64,000 nucleotides of DNA from a virus, in IMG/VR virus record IMGVR_UViG_3300043270_000050, positions 1 through 64,000 of that record; one strand, 5' to 3'. The position numbers and the translations under genes are program-made. Within the stretch, counting starts at the first letter, position 1. The number at the start of each line of letters is the position of its first letter. Under the pieces are notes generated by a model. That model had not been told where the DNA came from. It was given only the letters and a program-made list of their open reading frames with translations, and ran no database searches. This document shows, piece after piece, positions 26,415 to 35,010 of the stretch.

Positions 26415-28646
26415 TCAGTCTTCGTCGTCATCGTCCTCGTCGAGAAAGTCGAACTCGCCGGGCTCTTCCGCCGCTTCGTCCTCGCTACCGTCGAGACCCA
26501 TGTTTTTGTGGATGTCGGCGAAATGCTTGTTGACGGCGAGCAGAACTTTTTGAGCGAGCGGTCTATCGATCAGCCCCATCGCCATCAAGCCCTCGAAGGC
26601 CGTAGCCAAAAATTGCAACGTCTCGCGCTTATTTCCGGCCTGCGCAGCTTTCAACACCTCGGTCGTGAACGGCTTCCAGTCCGGGAATTCGGACAGGTAC
26701 ATGACGAGCTTGATCAGGTGTTCAATCATCCCGGCTTCATCGGGCGCGAGGATGATTTGGTTGAGGTGGTCGATTGCGTTCGCAGGGAGCGGAGGCAATT
26801 GAATCGTTGGCTTCGAGGGTCCCGGAATCGGGGTCGGTGGGGTTTTCGCCTCTTCAACCGGCTTGCGAATCGGGACGACATTCTCTCGCGCCGCGGGGAG
26901 CGGAGTGGGAGAAGGTGCCGGCGCCGGGATCGGGACGGGAGTCGCCGGAGGGACTGTCGCCGCGGGGGGTGTCGTCGACTCCTTCAAAGCTTGCTGCGCG
27001 CGAGCCTCGAGCACCCGACGCTGCGCCTCTTGCTGTTGTGCGAGCACGAGCGCCTGTCGCTGCAGCATTTGGGCCTGCTGTTGTTGAGTGAGCTGCGTCT
27101 GCTGCTCGGTCGAGGCCTTCGCGCGGATAGACTGCGCGATCGAGCCCGCAAAATCCCGGTTCCCGAAGAGAGCTCCGAGCGCATCCCAGAATCCCGCTGC
27201 AGCACCCCCTTCGGTGCTTTGGCGGAGCTGGTTCGTTAGGCTGAGCATCATCGCGAGGTTGTCGGCGGACTTTTTGAAGTCGTCGGTGCCGCGCTCCTGC
27301 CGCATTTCTTGCATCATCTGCAAGATGTCCTTGGGCGTCATGCGCTCATTCTCTCGCGCGGCGACCATTTCCTTGAGCATGCTCTTGTACTCGTCGTCCC
27401 CTCCGCCCCCTCCGCCGGGCTGCATGAGGGGGACGATCGCAGCGAGGAGCTTCGCGAGTCCATCGACTGGATCTGCCGGCGGGGGCGGGGGCGGGGGAGG
27501 CGGAAGGCCGCCTGAGCTCGACTTCTCCTCGACGAGCTTCGCGAGGAGCATCTTCATCAGCGGGTCCTCACGTGGCTGAGCCATCGCCGAGATCAACTGC
27601 ATGGTTTGCTGTTGCATCTGCAATTGCATTTGCTGGTTCTGCTGCTGCATCGCCATGAACATCTGCATCATGGCGTTCGACGAGCTCGCCGCCTCTGCTG
27701 CCACCTTGGCCTTCTCCTCTTTGGCGTCTTTGGAGGCCATTTCCGCGACATTCATGACTTCTCTCAGCATCGTGACGGCCTCCAATCCACTCGATGACGA
27801 CGGCTTCAAAGATCGCTCGCGATCCTCGAGCCACTTTTCTTGTTTCGAAATCATCTGTTGCACCAACCCAAGCGCCCCTTGCGCTTCGCTCATCGCCGGC
27901 GGATCGAGCAAATGGACCGAACCGACATCAAGCTCGCGCCCGTGCGCATCGATACCGTGGATCACGTACTCGCCCGCACCGTACTTCGGCTTGAGGTACC
28001 GAAAGGCAAACTCCTCAATGTCGGTGCACCGTCGAAGATCGTTCGCCTGATAGGTCCCGATGAACCCGAGCTGCCCCGTGTCTTTGCGCAGATAGACCTT
28101 GAGCTGCTCGGCGCCGGGCACCTTGGACGCAAGCGTTGCGCCGAGCCGAGATAGGCCGGGCCCCTTCTGCTTCGCCTTCGGCCGCATGGCGGGCGGCGGG
28201 GGAGGGGCGATGAAAGGCAGAGGCTCGGGCTCGAGCTCGGCCTCGGGTGCCATAGGCTTCGCTGCACGAGGACCTCTCGCGGCGGGCTCCGGCGCGACCG
28301 CGGGAAACTTCGTTGAACGAGGCCCCCTCGAGGTAGGCGAACCCGCCATCGCCGCGGCAACCCTCGACGGAGTTTTGGACTTGATGGGGACGACATCCGG
28401 CAGCGGAGACCTCTTCGGGGCGGGAGACGCGGCCCGGTCTTCCTCTTCCCCTTCGTCGTCGTCGTCGAAATCGTCGTCGTCCGAATCATCCTCGTCGTCC
28501 TCGTCTCCGGGACCGCCAATCGGGACGGATATCCGCGCGGCGTGGTCGAGCGCCGCCGCGTCAGGAGGCAAATCCTCGTCGACCCCCAGCGCACGAAGCG
28601 CGTCTTCAACGCCTACAGGATTTTCTTGTTTTCGTACTCTCGGCAT
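26415..28646 (-). CDS. 743-aa low-complexity protein with acidic termini and Q-, P- and G-runs; scaffold-like, function unknown
   Basis: GGGAGGG SD directly after the integrase stop. Contains DEDDEDDSDDDDFDDDDEGEEED, P10, G6, QQQNQQMQLQMQQQ and C-terminal DEDDDDED. Confidence 0.6.
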   Translation of the reverse strand: MPRVRKQENPVGVEDALRALGVDEDLPPDAAALDHAARISVPIGGPGDEDDEDDSDDDDFDDDDEGEEEDRAASPAPKRSPLPDVVPIKSKTPSRVAAAMAGSPTSRGPRSTKFPAVAPEPAARGPRAAKPMAPEAELEPEPLPFIAPPPPPAMRPKAKQKGPGLSRLGATLASKVPGAEQLKVYLRKDTGQLGFIGTYQANDLRRCTDIEEFAFRYLKPKYGAGEYVIHGIDAHGRELDVGSVHLLDPPAMSEAQGALGLVQQMISKQEKWLEDRERSLKPSSSSGLEAVTMLREVMNVAEMASKDAKEEKAKVAAEAASSSNAMMQMFMAMQQQNQQMQLQMQQQTMQLISAMAQPREDPLMKMLLAKLVEEKSSSGGLPPPPPPPPPADPVDGLAKLLAAIVPLMQPGGGGGGDDEYKSMLKEMVAARENERMTPKDILQMMQEMRQERGTDDFKKSADNLAMMLSLTNQLRQSTEGGAAAGFWDALGALFGNRDFAGSIAQSIRAKASTEQQTQLTQQQQAQMLQRQALVLAQQQEAQRRVLEARAQQALKESTTPPAATVPPATPVPIPAPAPSPTPLPAARENVVPIRKPVEEAKTPPTPIPGPSKPTIQLPPLPANAIDHLNQIILAPDEAGMIEHLIKLVMYLSEFPDWKPFTTEVLKAAQAGNKRETLQFLATAFEGLMAMGLIDRPLAQKVLLAVNKHFADIHKNMGLDGSEDEAAEEPGEFDFLDEDDDDED

Positions 28647-28656
28647 GAGCCCTCCC

Positions 28657-29625
28657 CTAAATAATCGTCGCGCCCGCTCGATGCACGTCTCGCGTCACAT
28701 CTTGCTCGTCGATCGCAATGTAGTGTCTGAAAAGTGTTTGAATGCTCGCGTGTCCAGCGATTTTGGCGAGCGTCGCGAGAGGAACGCCTCGCCGATAGAG
28801 CCCCGTGATGTAAGTTCGACGCATCGTGTGCGGCGTGAAATGAATGCCGAGCGCTTCTCGCACCTCGTTGATCGCGATGTCGAGTGTCCGGCGGCCAATC
28901 GGCAGTTGGCCTTTTCGATTGCGCTTGCTGAGTTTTCCGGGAAAAACCCACGGGCCTGGCAGGTTTCGACGATAGCCTGTGAGATACCCGGTCAAAATCG
29001 GCACCCCTTCATCCAAAAGGGGTACCGTTCGAATGCGCCCGCCCTTGCCTTCAACGCGAAGGGCGACCGCACGTTTGCGTACACCGTCCTCTAATGTGAG
29101 CTCCACGGTTCGAATAGAACTGAGTGGAAGCGACATCATCTCCTGGGCTCGAAGACCGGTGCACGGAAGCAGCATCACGGCGGATCGACCCGGTTCTAGC
29201 AACCGATCCGCTGCATGAAAAAATGCCCCCAGTAAATTCGGCGCGAGCGCTTCTCGCGTATTGCTTGCGATCACCCGAGGGGTCTCGGGGTCACTGAGCG
29301 GTGCAACTTTGACCCCTTGATTTGCCACCCATTTTAGGTAGCCTTTGATACCCGCTATGTAGACGCCGATCGATGACGGGGCGTAGTCTTGCTCGACCAA
29401 AGCGTCGACATACTGACTCAAAAGCCCGCGAGGAAGTTCCTCAAAATTGGTGTACCCATTTTGTCTTACGACATTCAAGAAAATCTCGACCGCCGGTACA
29501 TATTTCTCCGCGGTCGCGGTCGACTTCACCTTGAGCAGGTGTTTTCTATAGGCCTCTGGAGAGACGTCAACGTCAGCCACGCACACCCCTCCCCGCGCGA
29601 AAACGTAAAGACGCGCGAGCCGCAC
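28657..29625 (-). CDS. int: tyrosine recombinase / phage integrase
   Basis: N-terminal SAM-like core-binding region. Catalytic signature TGLRAQE..., HTMRRTY (HxxR), GHASIQTLFRHY (His...Tyr). Confidence 0.85.
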   Translation of the reverse strand: MRLARLYVFARGGVCVADVDVSPEAYRKHLLKVKSTATAEKYVPAVEIFLNVVRQNGYTNFEELPRGLLSQYVDALVEQDYAPSSIGVYIAGIKGYLKWVANQGVKVAPLSDPETPRVIASNTREALAPNLLGAFFHAADRLLEPGRSAVMLLPCTGLRAQEMMSLPLSSIRTVELTLEDGVRKRAVALRVEGKGGRIRTVPLLDEGVPILTGYLTGYRRNLPGPWVFPGKLSKRNRKGQLPIGRRTLDIAINEVREALGIHFTPHTMRRTYITGLYRRGVPLATLAKIAGHASIQTLFRHYIAIDEQDVTRDVHRAGATII

Positions 29626-29725
29626 TGCACCGGACTAAAGCGTGGTTGAAGAAACGTGTCAACCATGGTCCCCACTTGTTAGCCAAAAAACCTTCCTGTA
29701 CGCTTCCGGCGTATCGGGAGCGAGC

Positions 29726-30103
29726 ATGGACTTCTTCATTCGGGATGGGGACGAACAACGCGCACAGCAGGCGGTGTTCATGGACGACATCGACCTCATC
29801 TATTCGGAGAAGTCGATAGGATCGTGGGGCCCCAGCCTCGTCGCGGTCGCAGTGCGACATGTTGACGGACTCGCCGTGCACGTCTGCCAATGTTGCGGTG
29901 AACCCTTCGACGACGCGGATTCAAAATACCGCAGCGCCGAAGTGCGCATGGGCTCAGCGATCATGAAGCTGCACGCGCGCTGCGCAAGCGGAGAGCGCAA
30001 GTCGAGCTTTCGCTCGTTCGCTGATGTCGTGCGCGGCATGCAAAGCCGGCGCTTTTTCGCCAAAGCGACCGATCCGGTCGCACGCGCGGCCGGCGAAGAC
30101 TAG
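29726..30103 (+). CDS. hypothetical protein (125 aa)
   Basis: ATG 29726 chosen within track ORF 29642-30103. Contains a CQCCG motif. Confidence 0.45.
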   Translation: MDFFIRDGDEQRAQQAVFMDDIDLIYSEKSIGSWGPSLVAVAVRHVDGLAVHVCQCCGEPFDDADSKYRSAEVRMGSAIMKLHARCASGERKSSFRSFADVVRGMQSRRFFAKATDPVARAAGED

Positions 30104-30137
30104 GGTATCCTGGGGCTCGACAAAGGGAGAAAACCCC

Positions 30138-30947
30138 ATGGAAGTCGAGCCGCTCACCAACATCAGTGCTCGCGTGGATGCTCAGCAGGCACAATTCACG
30201 CCCTACGACTACGGTCGCGTCGGCGATCAACGTCCCTATCAGGTCGTCATGCCGTCCTACGGCGCCCCGCAGTTTTTGTCGACCTTCGCCCGGCTCGACG
30301 ACGCCCTTCGCGAGTGCAAAACAATGTGCGGCTATGAAGGCCGGCCCTTTCGCTTGATGCGCTGGGGGGCTCGAGTGCCGTGCTACCCCTGCGGCAAACG
30401 CCGAACGGCCGGCCTTCCTCGAGGGCAGGCCATCTTTAGCTCGGGCGCGCTCGAGGGCTACCCGGAGGCGACGCCGATCGCCGAGGCCAGACCCGAGGGC
30501 GTTTTCATCTACGGTCCGAAGGGTGAACAGTTCCTCGCAGGACAGCCGAACTACATCGTCTCCCGCAAGGCCTTTCCGCCGTCGAACTGCGTCTATTCGG
30601 CAAACGCGAACGCGACGGGACCCGACGGCACCAACGTGATCGCAGCTCCACCCCAGCGCTACGTCGAGGCGGTCCAAAGCGCGCAGTACCTCGCCAACCA
30701 CGAGGGCCGGCGGGCGTATGTCTGCGCAGGGTTCGGCTCGAGCTGCGAAAAGCGAGACTCCTCGAAGTGGATGCCCGTCGTCTACGCACAGCCCGGAGGC
30801 CTCGTCGCTCGCTACCCCTACGAGCGCGACTTCGGGAAAGGGACGGTCTACGGCTCGACGAGCATCACGAAGAACGTCACCCCCGAAGAATTCCGCGAGC
30901 TCATCGCGGAAAGCGAAGGTGCATCGTTTTTGCCGTTCGGGAGCTGA
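30138..30947 (+). CDS. hypothetical protein (269 aa)
   Basis: GGGAGAAAACCCC-ATG. I prefer the plus-strand frame over the Arg-rich antisense ORF 29961-31043. Confidence 0.55.
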   Translation: MEVEPLTNISARVDAQQAQFTPYDYGRVGDQRPYQVVMPSYGAPQFLSTFARLDDALRECKTMCGYEGRPFRLMRWGARVPCYPCGKRRTAGLPRGQAIFSSGALEGYPEATPIAEARPEGVFIYGPKGEQFLAGQPNYIVSRKAFPPSNCVYSANANATGPDGTNVIAAPPQRYVEAVQSAQYLANHEGRRAYVCAGFGSSCEKRDSSKWMPVVYAQPGGLVARYPYERDFGKGTVYGSTSITKNVTPEEFRELIAESEGASFLPFGS

Positions 30948-31540
30948 ACTTCTTGCCCTTGTTTCTACGACGACGACGTCCACAAGCCCTTCGCGCGCCA
31001 CGCACTCGTTACGTACGCCCCGGAGATACCTCGATTTTTTCATCGGGAAGACGTTCTACTCCGGGACGGACAATCTATTCCAGAAAGATGTAAAACCTTG
31101 TGCCATCCTGTCGAGCGATCCTTGGCTCGCCGCTGGCCGCATATCTAAACTCGGAAAAGGCTTCAAAAAAGCGAGAATTGCAACCGCAAAAAAAGCTTCT
31201 CGCTGTCCGACTCACCGGAACCCCCAAGTTGTGGAACATGTCTACGAAAAGCTACCCCCTCCTCAACAAGCGCTTAGGTCTTCCCCCTCAAGCAGAATTT
31301 TGGGATGAAACGTGGCCGACGTTCTGTAAGAACGACCTACCGGGAGTCGACGGGTGGATTTCGAGCGCCGGGATCCGACCAGGCAAGACCCTTATGCGTT
31401 CGTAAAAAACGCACGACCCATACAGATCCCCCCAGAAAAACGCGCGATGGCTCACACGACCATGCGCTGGCCCCTTGGACCTAGAACGTATTTCCGGGCA
31501 TAGGGTGACTCCTTATCCGTCGCGCCCGTGAAGGCCAGCG

Positions 31541-31756
31541 CTAACCCTTCCTCCGCTCCTGCGTTCGAAGCCACGCCTCGACGATGTCAAGCACATCCCC
31601 GAGGCCCCACACGCCCTTCACTCCGGGTAGTTTTTGATCCCCCTCGACGCAGCCGAGAAGCCACCAATCCGCCCCGTCTTTGACGATGCACGTGGCGTTC
31701 GTCGGCGTGAAAGCAAAACGCTCCGCGATGCGTCGAATCCGCTCAGAGGGGGGCAT
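31541..31756 (-). CDS. hypothetical protein (71 aa), last gene of the rSAM cassette
   Basis: Overlaps the rSAM gene end by 14 nt. Confidence 0.45.
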   Translation of the reverse strand: MPPSERIRRIAERFAFTPTNATCIVKDGADWWLLGCVEGDQKLPGVKGVWGLGDVLDIVEAWLRTQERRKG

Positions 31757-32894
31757 ACATCTTTTCTACCTCGGCGAGCCGAGTGCGGCTATATCCCGCC
31801 TCGTCCAGGTAGTCGCGCATGAAGGCCATGCACCGAGACGCGATAGGACACGGTTTTGAAAGGTCTTCACGCGGGTAGCGTGTTGCAAATAGAGGCCACC
31901 CCGTGCACGCGTGCTTGAAGTCACAGCTCGTGCACCGCGTGTTTTGCTCAACGACCTCTTCCTCGAGGCTCTCCCGGTAGCGCGGCGACGCGATGATCTC
32001 CTCGTAGGTCTGCTCGAGCAGATTTCCAAGTTTCTTGGACTCCGTGTAGGCGTGCTGGACGAGGTAGAGGTCACCGTTCGTGTTGACGACAAACACCCGG
32101 TCGCCACCGACGCGCCGGTCGTAGCGGGGGATCCGCAGGCCTGCGATGTTGCGAAGGGCGACCTCAAAGTACTCCGTCAGGGGGACGACGGGCACCCGCA
32201 GGTCGACGATCCAGTGCCGGAACAGCACCTCGAGGGCCTGCACGAGCTCGTCGCTCGAGAGGGCGAAGCGCTCGGAGGGCCGCTCGTCCGGCCCTTCGAA
32301 CAGCGGGAGGATGCGCATCGACATCCCCTGCGAGGCGAAGAATTCGTACACGCGCGCGACCTCGCGCGCGGTGTGGCGGGCGAGCACAGCGATTCCGCCC
32401 GGATTGAAACCAGCCTCGCGCACCCGCGCGATGTTGCGGATCACGTCGCGCTCGGTCTCCCGCCCGTTCACCGACAAACGCACCCCGGGGACGACGTCAC
32501 ACGACACGCTAATCACGAAATCCATGTCGTGTATCAGTGCAATCTGTTCGTCGGTGATGCGGTACAGATTCGACTGGATGTTATTTGGAAAATGGTCGCG
32601 ATTGAAGCTTCTATTTCCAAACACTTTGTGCTGTAAAGCCCGCACTTCCTTCATGTAGTCGACCGGCAAAAGAAGCGGCTCGCCCCCGTGCCAGACGATA
32701 GACGAGCGCGTTGGGCGGCCACATCGACGCGCCTCGAGGTCGTTGTGGGAACGGATCGCGACAAGGATCCGCTCCCACAACTCCATCGACATGCGCCGCG
32801 GGTCGCCGAGCTCGTTCCACTCGTAGCAGTACGCGCAACGCAGGTTGCACAGCTTGGACGTCTTGATCACCCACGTCAGCGACCGCGGCTGCAT
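31743..32894 (-). CDS. radical SAM enzyme with C-terminal SPASM-like Cys-rich domain
   Basis: CNLRCAYC (CxxxCxxC) at residues ~16-23. WHGGEPLL. C-terminal CTSCDFKHACTGWP and CPIASRC clusters. Confidence 0.85.
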   Translation of the reverse strand: MQPRSLTWVIKTSKLCNLRCAYCYEWNELGDPRRMSMELWERILVAIRSHNDLEARRCGRPTRSSIVWHGGEPLLLPVDYMKEVRALQHKVFGNRSFNRDHFPNNIQSNLYRITDEQIALIHDMDFVISVSCDVVPGVRLSVNGRETERDVIRNIARVREAGFNPGGIAVLARHTAREVARVYEFFASQGMSMRILPLFEGPDERPSERFALSSDELVQALEVLFRHWIVDLRVPVVPLTEYFEVALRNIAGLRIPRYDRRVGGDRVFVVNTNGDLYLVQHAYTESKKLGNLLEQTYEEIIASPRYRESLEEEVVEQNTRCTSCDFKHACTGWPLFATRYPREDLSKPCPIASRCMAFMRDYLDEAGYSRTRLAEVEKMYAPL

Positions 32895-32900
32895 TGCGGG

Positions 32901-33173
32901 CTACTCCCGGACCAGCTGCTTGTACTGAACGAACACGTTCGCCCAGCTCGCCGAGCCTCGCTGGTCGAGTTCCCGCTGGTAGCCGTCCTGGTGGTACTCG
33001 GCGAACCAGTCGTCTCCGACCGGGCTCACCGCCCCCCAGTTGATCCCCGAGAGGACCGGCGCGACGAGGGGGGCGCTCTGCGCGTCCGCCTCGTCTGCCC
33101 CCCCCGCGACTGCCCCGACACTCGCCGCGGCGAGCGCCGCTGCAACAACCCGATTCATTTTCTCTTGGTCCAT
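32901..33173 (-). CDS. 90-aa secreted mini-protein (candidate rSAM substrate)
   Basis: AAGGAAAAAAGGAA-ATG at 33173. Signal peptide NRVVAAALAAASVGAVAGGADEADA. Cys-free mature part with INWGAV and ASWANVF motifs. Its stop lies 6 nt before the rSAM ATG. Confidence 0.55.
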   Translation of the reverse strand: MDQEKMNRVVAAALAAASVGAVAGGADEADAQSAPLVAPVLSGINWGAVSPVGDDWFAEYHQDGYQRELDQRGSASWANVFVQYKQLVRE

Positions 33174-33207
33174 TTCCTTTTTTCCTTTGCAGTTCGAAGA
33201 GGCGCGA

Positions 33208-33801
33208 CTACTCCCCTTCAAAGTCGAACGGATAGACAACCGAGACATCACCCTCCTCTTCAGGAGGGTCTATCTCGAGCGTGTAGAGCGTCTCGCGCAT
33301 GCACTCGGTGAGCTCGGGGTTCGCAAGGGTCGGCAAGAGCGAGACCTCGGTGATGAGCCCCCCGACATCGGGGTCGCCTTCGATGGTGAAAGCAACCGGG
33401 ATCCGACTCGAGAGCGACGAGTCTTGCGCCTTCGCCATCTGGTAGCACTCCTCGAGGAGCGGCTTGATCTCGTCCATGCGCTCGCGGATGTATTGCTTGG
33501 TCGTCAGCTTCGTGGGAGACGCGGGGGGCTTAGGCCCTTCCGAGGCCTCGAGCGCGGCGGCAAGCTTGGTCTGTGCGAGCGCGTGAAGCAATTCTTGACG
33601 TCGTTGCACGGTGATGCGTCGCGGAGACTCTTTGACTGCCTCTTTTTTGGGCAGCACTACATCGTCCACGCTGAACGGCGCAATATATCCGCCCGAAGGA
33701 ATCTCCTCTTCAGGAGGGCGCCTCGAAGAGGTGTCGCGGAGCCACCACATCAGAATGCCGAGCATGATCAGGAGCGCCGCAGGCAGTAGATTTTTCACCA
33801 T
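33208..33801 (-). CDS. N-terminally anchored periplasmic-type protein with two-Cys C-terminal beta domain (197 aa)
   Basis: TM segment LLPAALLIMLGILMWW, a Pro/Glu linker, then a C-terminal domain with ...EECY...TECM... Confidence 0.55.
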   Translation of the reverse strand: MVKNLLPAALLIMLGILMWWLRDTSSRRPPEEEIPSGGYIAPFSVDDVVLPKKEAVKESPRRITVQRRQELLHALAQTKLAAALEASEGPKPPASPTKLTTKQYIRERMDEIKPLLEECYQMAKAQDSSLSSRIPVAFTIEGDPDVGGLITEVSLLPTLANPELTECMRETLYTLEIDPPEEEGDVSVVYPFDFEGE

Positions 33802-33869
33802 GCGGTCGAGACTTAGTCAAAAAAGGGTATCTGCGCAAACGATAAAACCGTAGTATCCGTGTAACCAAT

Positions 33870-34190
33870 ATGTCTTCTATCATCACGTATCGACTCGGCC
33901 GACTCGAAGCGCTCTCAGAAGACGTCAAGTTTCAAAGTCTACCGATCGCAAATAACTCCCGCTGGGTCTTCGACGTCGCGCAGGGCCATACCAAACTCGA
34001 GCTCCGCTTGCTCAAGCCCCACCCGTCGTCCTATGTCCCCCGGGTCAAAAGCTACGCGCTCGCTCCGTTGAGCGAGAGCTTCTGGGACGCGCGGGTCTAT
34101 CTCGTCGAGGATCCCGAAGACCCCTTGCGTATCTCGCTCATGTCCTGCGTGGACTGCACCTACCGCGTCGCGATAGACACCGTCGTGTGA
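33870..34190 (+). CDS. hypothetical protein (106 aa)
   Basis: First gene after a divergent, AT-richer intergenic region. Confidence 0.5.
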   Translation: MSSIITYRLGRLEALSEDVKFQSLPIANNSRWVFDVAQGHTKLELRLLKPHPSSYVPRVKSYALAPLSESFWDARVYLVEDPEDPLRISLMSCVDCTYRVAIDTVV

Positions 34191-34774
34191 TGACTTTCTC
34201 CGGAGCCAACGCGGTGGTCGTAGCCTTCGACCCCGCGAAACGATCCTCGGGCGCTGCCATCTTCCTCGGCCCAGGCGTCTTGCACAACGCCTACACGGTG
34301 AAAAAACAGTCCGAGCGCGAGTACGTCGTGAAAACCGCGGTCGAGCTCGCGCGGGCTGCAGACAGACCGCTCGTGTGCATCGCCGAGACGTGGGACCCCC
34401 CTCGGCACCGCCGACGTCGCACCGTCGACGGCGCCGAGAGAGTGGAGTTTGACCAGAAGTGGACCTACAAGACCGTACTCGGAATCGGGGAGGGTTGGGG
34501 GCTCTGGGCAGCAGAGCTAGAGCGCTACGAGGTGAAGTACATCGTACGCAAAACCCCGAACGAATGGCGTGATCGTTTGTTTGGGAAACGCCGAGGAAAG
34601 CGTACGGACGACGCCAAAGCGCAGGCGGTCCTCTATGCAAGGTGCATCCTAAAAAGCATCAAGGACAATGAAACGGATCTCGCGGAGGCCGTATGCATCG
34701 GCGCCTGCGCCTACAATCTTCCCGAAACCTTCACTTTCGTCGAGAAGTGGAGCAAAAAGTGCAAGCGCAAATAG
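34187..34774 (+). CDS. RuvC-like Holliday junction resolvase
   Basis: VVAFDPAKRSSGAAI (first Asp), VCIAETW (Glu), ETDLAEAVCIGACAY (C-terminal Asp). GTGATGA overlap with the upstream gene. Confidence 0.55.
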   Translation: MMTFSGANAVVVAFDPAKRSSGAAIFLGPGVLHNAYTVKKQSEREYVVKTAVELARAADRPLVCIAETWDPPRHRRRRTVDGAERVEFDQKWTYKTVLGIGEGWGLWAAELERYEVKYIVRKTPNEWRDRLFGKRRGKRTDDAKAQAVLYARCILKSIKDNETDLAEAVCIGACAYNLPETFTFVEKWSKKCKRK

Positions 34775-34798
34775 GACCATCCATGCTACATCTTTGGG

Positions 34799-34987
34799 AT
34801 GGACCAGCACGTACGAGCGAAACTTGCTCGGGGGTCCTATTGGTGCCCCCGCGCGCGACGATTTCTACAGCCTGGCGACATCGGCTACGACCGAGCCATG
34901 TTCGAACAGCTCACCCTCGGACCGCTCGAGCGAGGGGAGTGGGGTGATGACGCCCACCCCTCGGGCGTCTACACGATCTCGGGCTGA
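34799..34987 (+). CDS. hypothetical protein (62 aa)
   Basis: Best GC3 among the overlapping candidate frames in this gap. Confidence 0.35.
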   Translation: MDQHVRAKLARGSYWCPRARRFLQPGDIGYDRAMFEQLTLGPLERGEWGDDAHPSGVYTISG

Positions 34988-35010
34988 GTCCGCTGAGGTA
35001 TCATGCCGCC

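Noticed and set aside
26415-28646. Portal protein assignment for the 743-aa ORF based on size and position
   Set aside because: The sequence is dominated by acidic, Pro, Gly and Gln low-complexity runs with little globular content, which is inconsistent with a portal fold. I left its function unknown.
29095-29125. GGTTCGAAT, a T-loop-like string suggesting a tRNA
   Set aside because: It lies inside the integrase coding frame, and no acceptor or anticodon stems can be drawn around it. I found no tRNA anywhere in the window.
29961-31043. 360-aa minus-strand ORF
   Set aside because: Arg/Ala-rich shadow of the plus-strand gene 30138-30947, which has a proper SD and plausible composition.
31100-31405. 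101-aa plus-strand ORF in the AT-richer gap
   Set aside because: No SD, poor codon bias and a location in an otherwise non-coding region. I left it unannotated; it may be a small gene, but support is weak.
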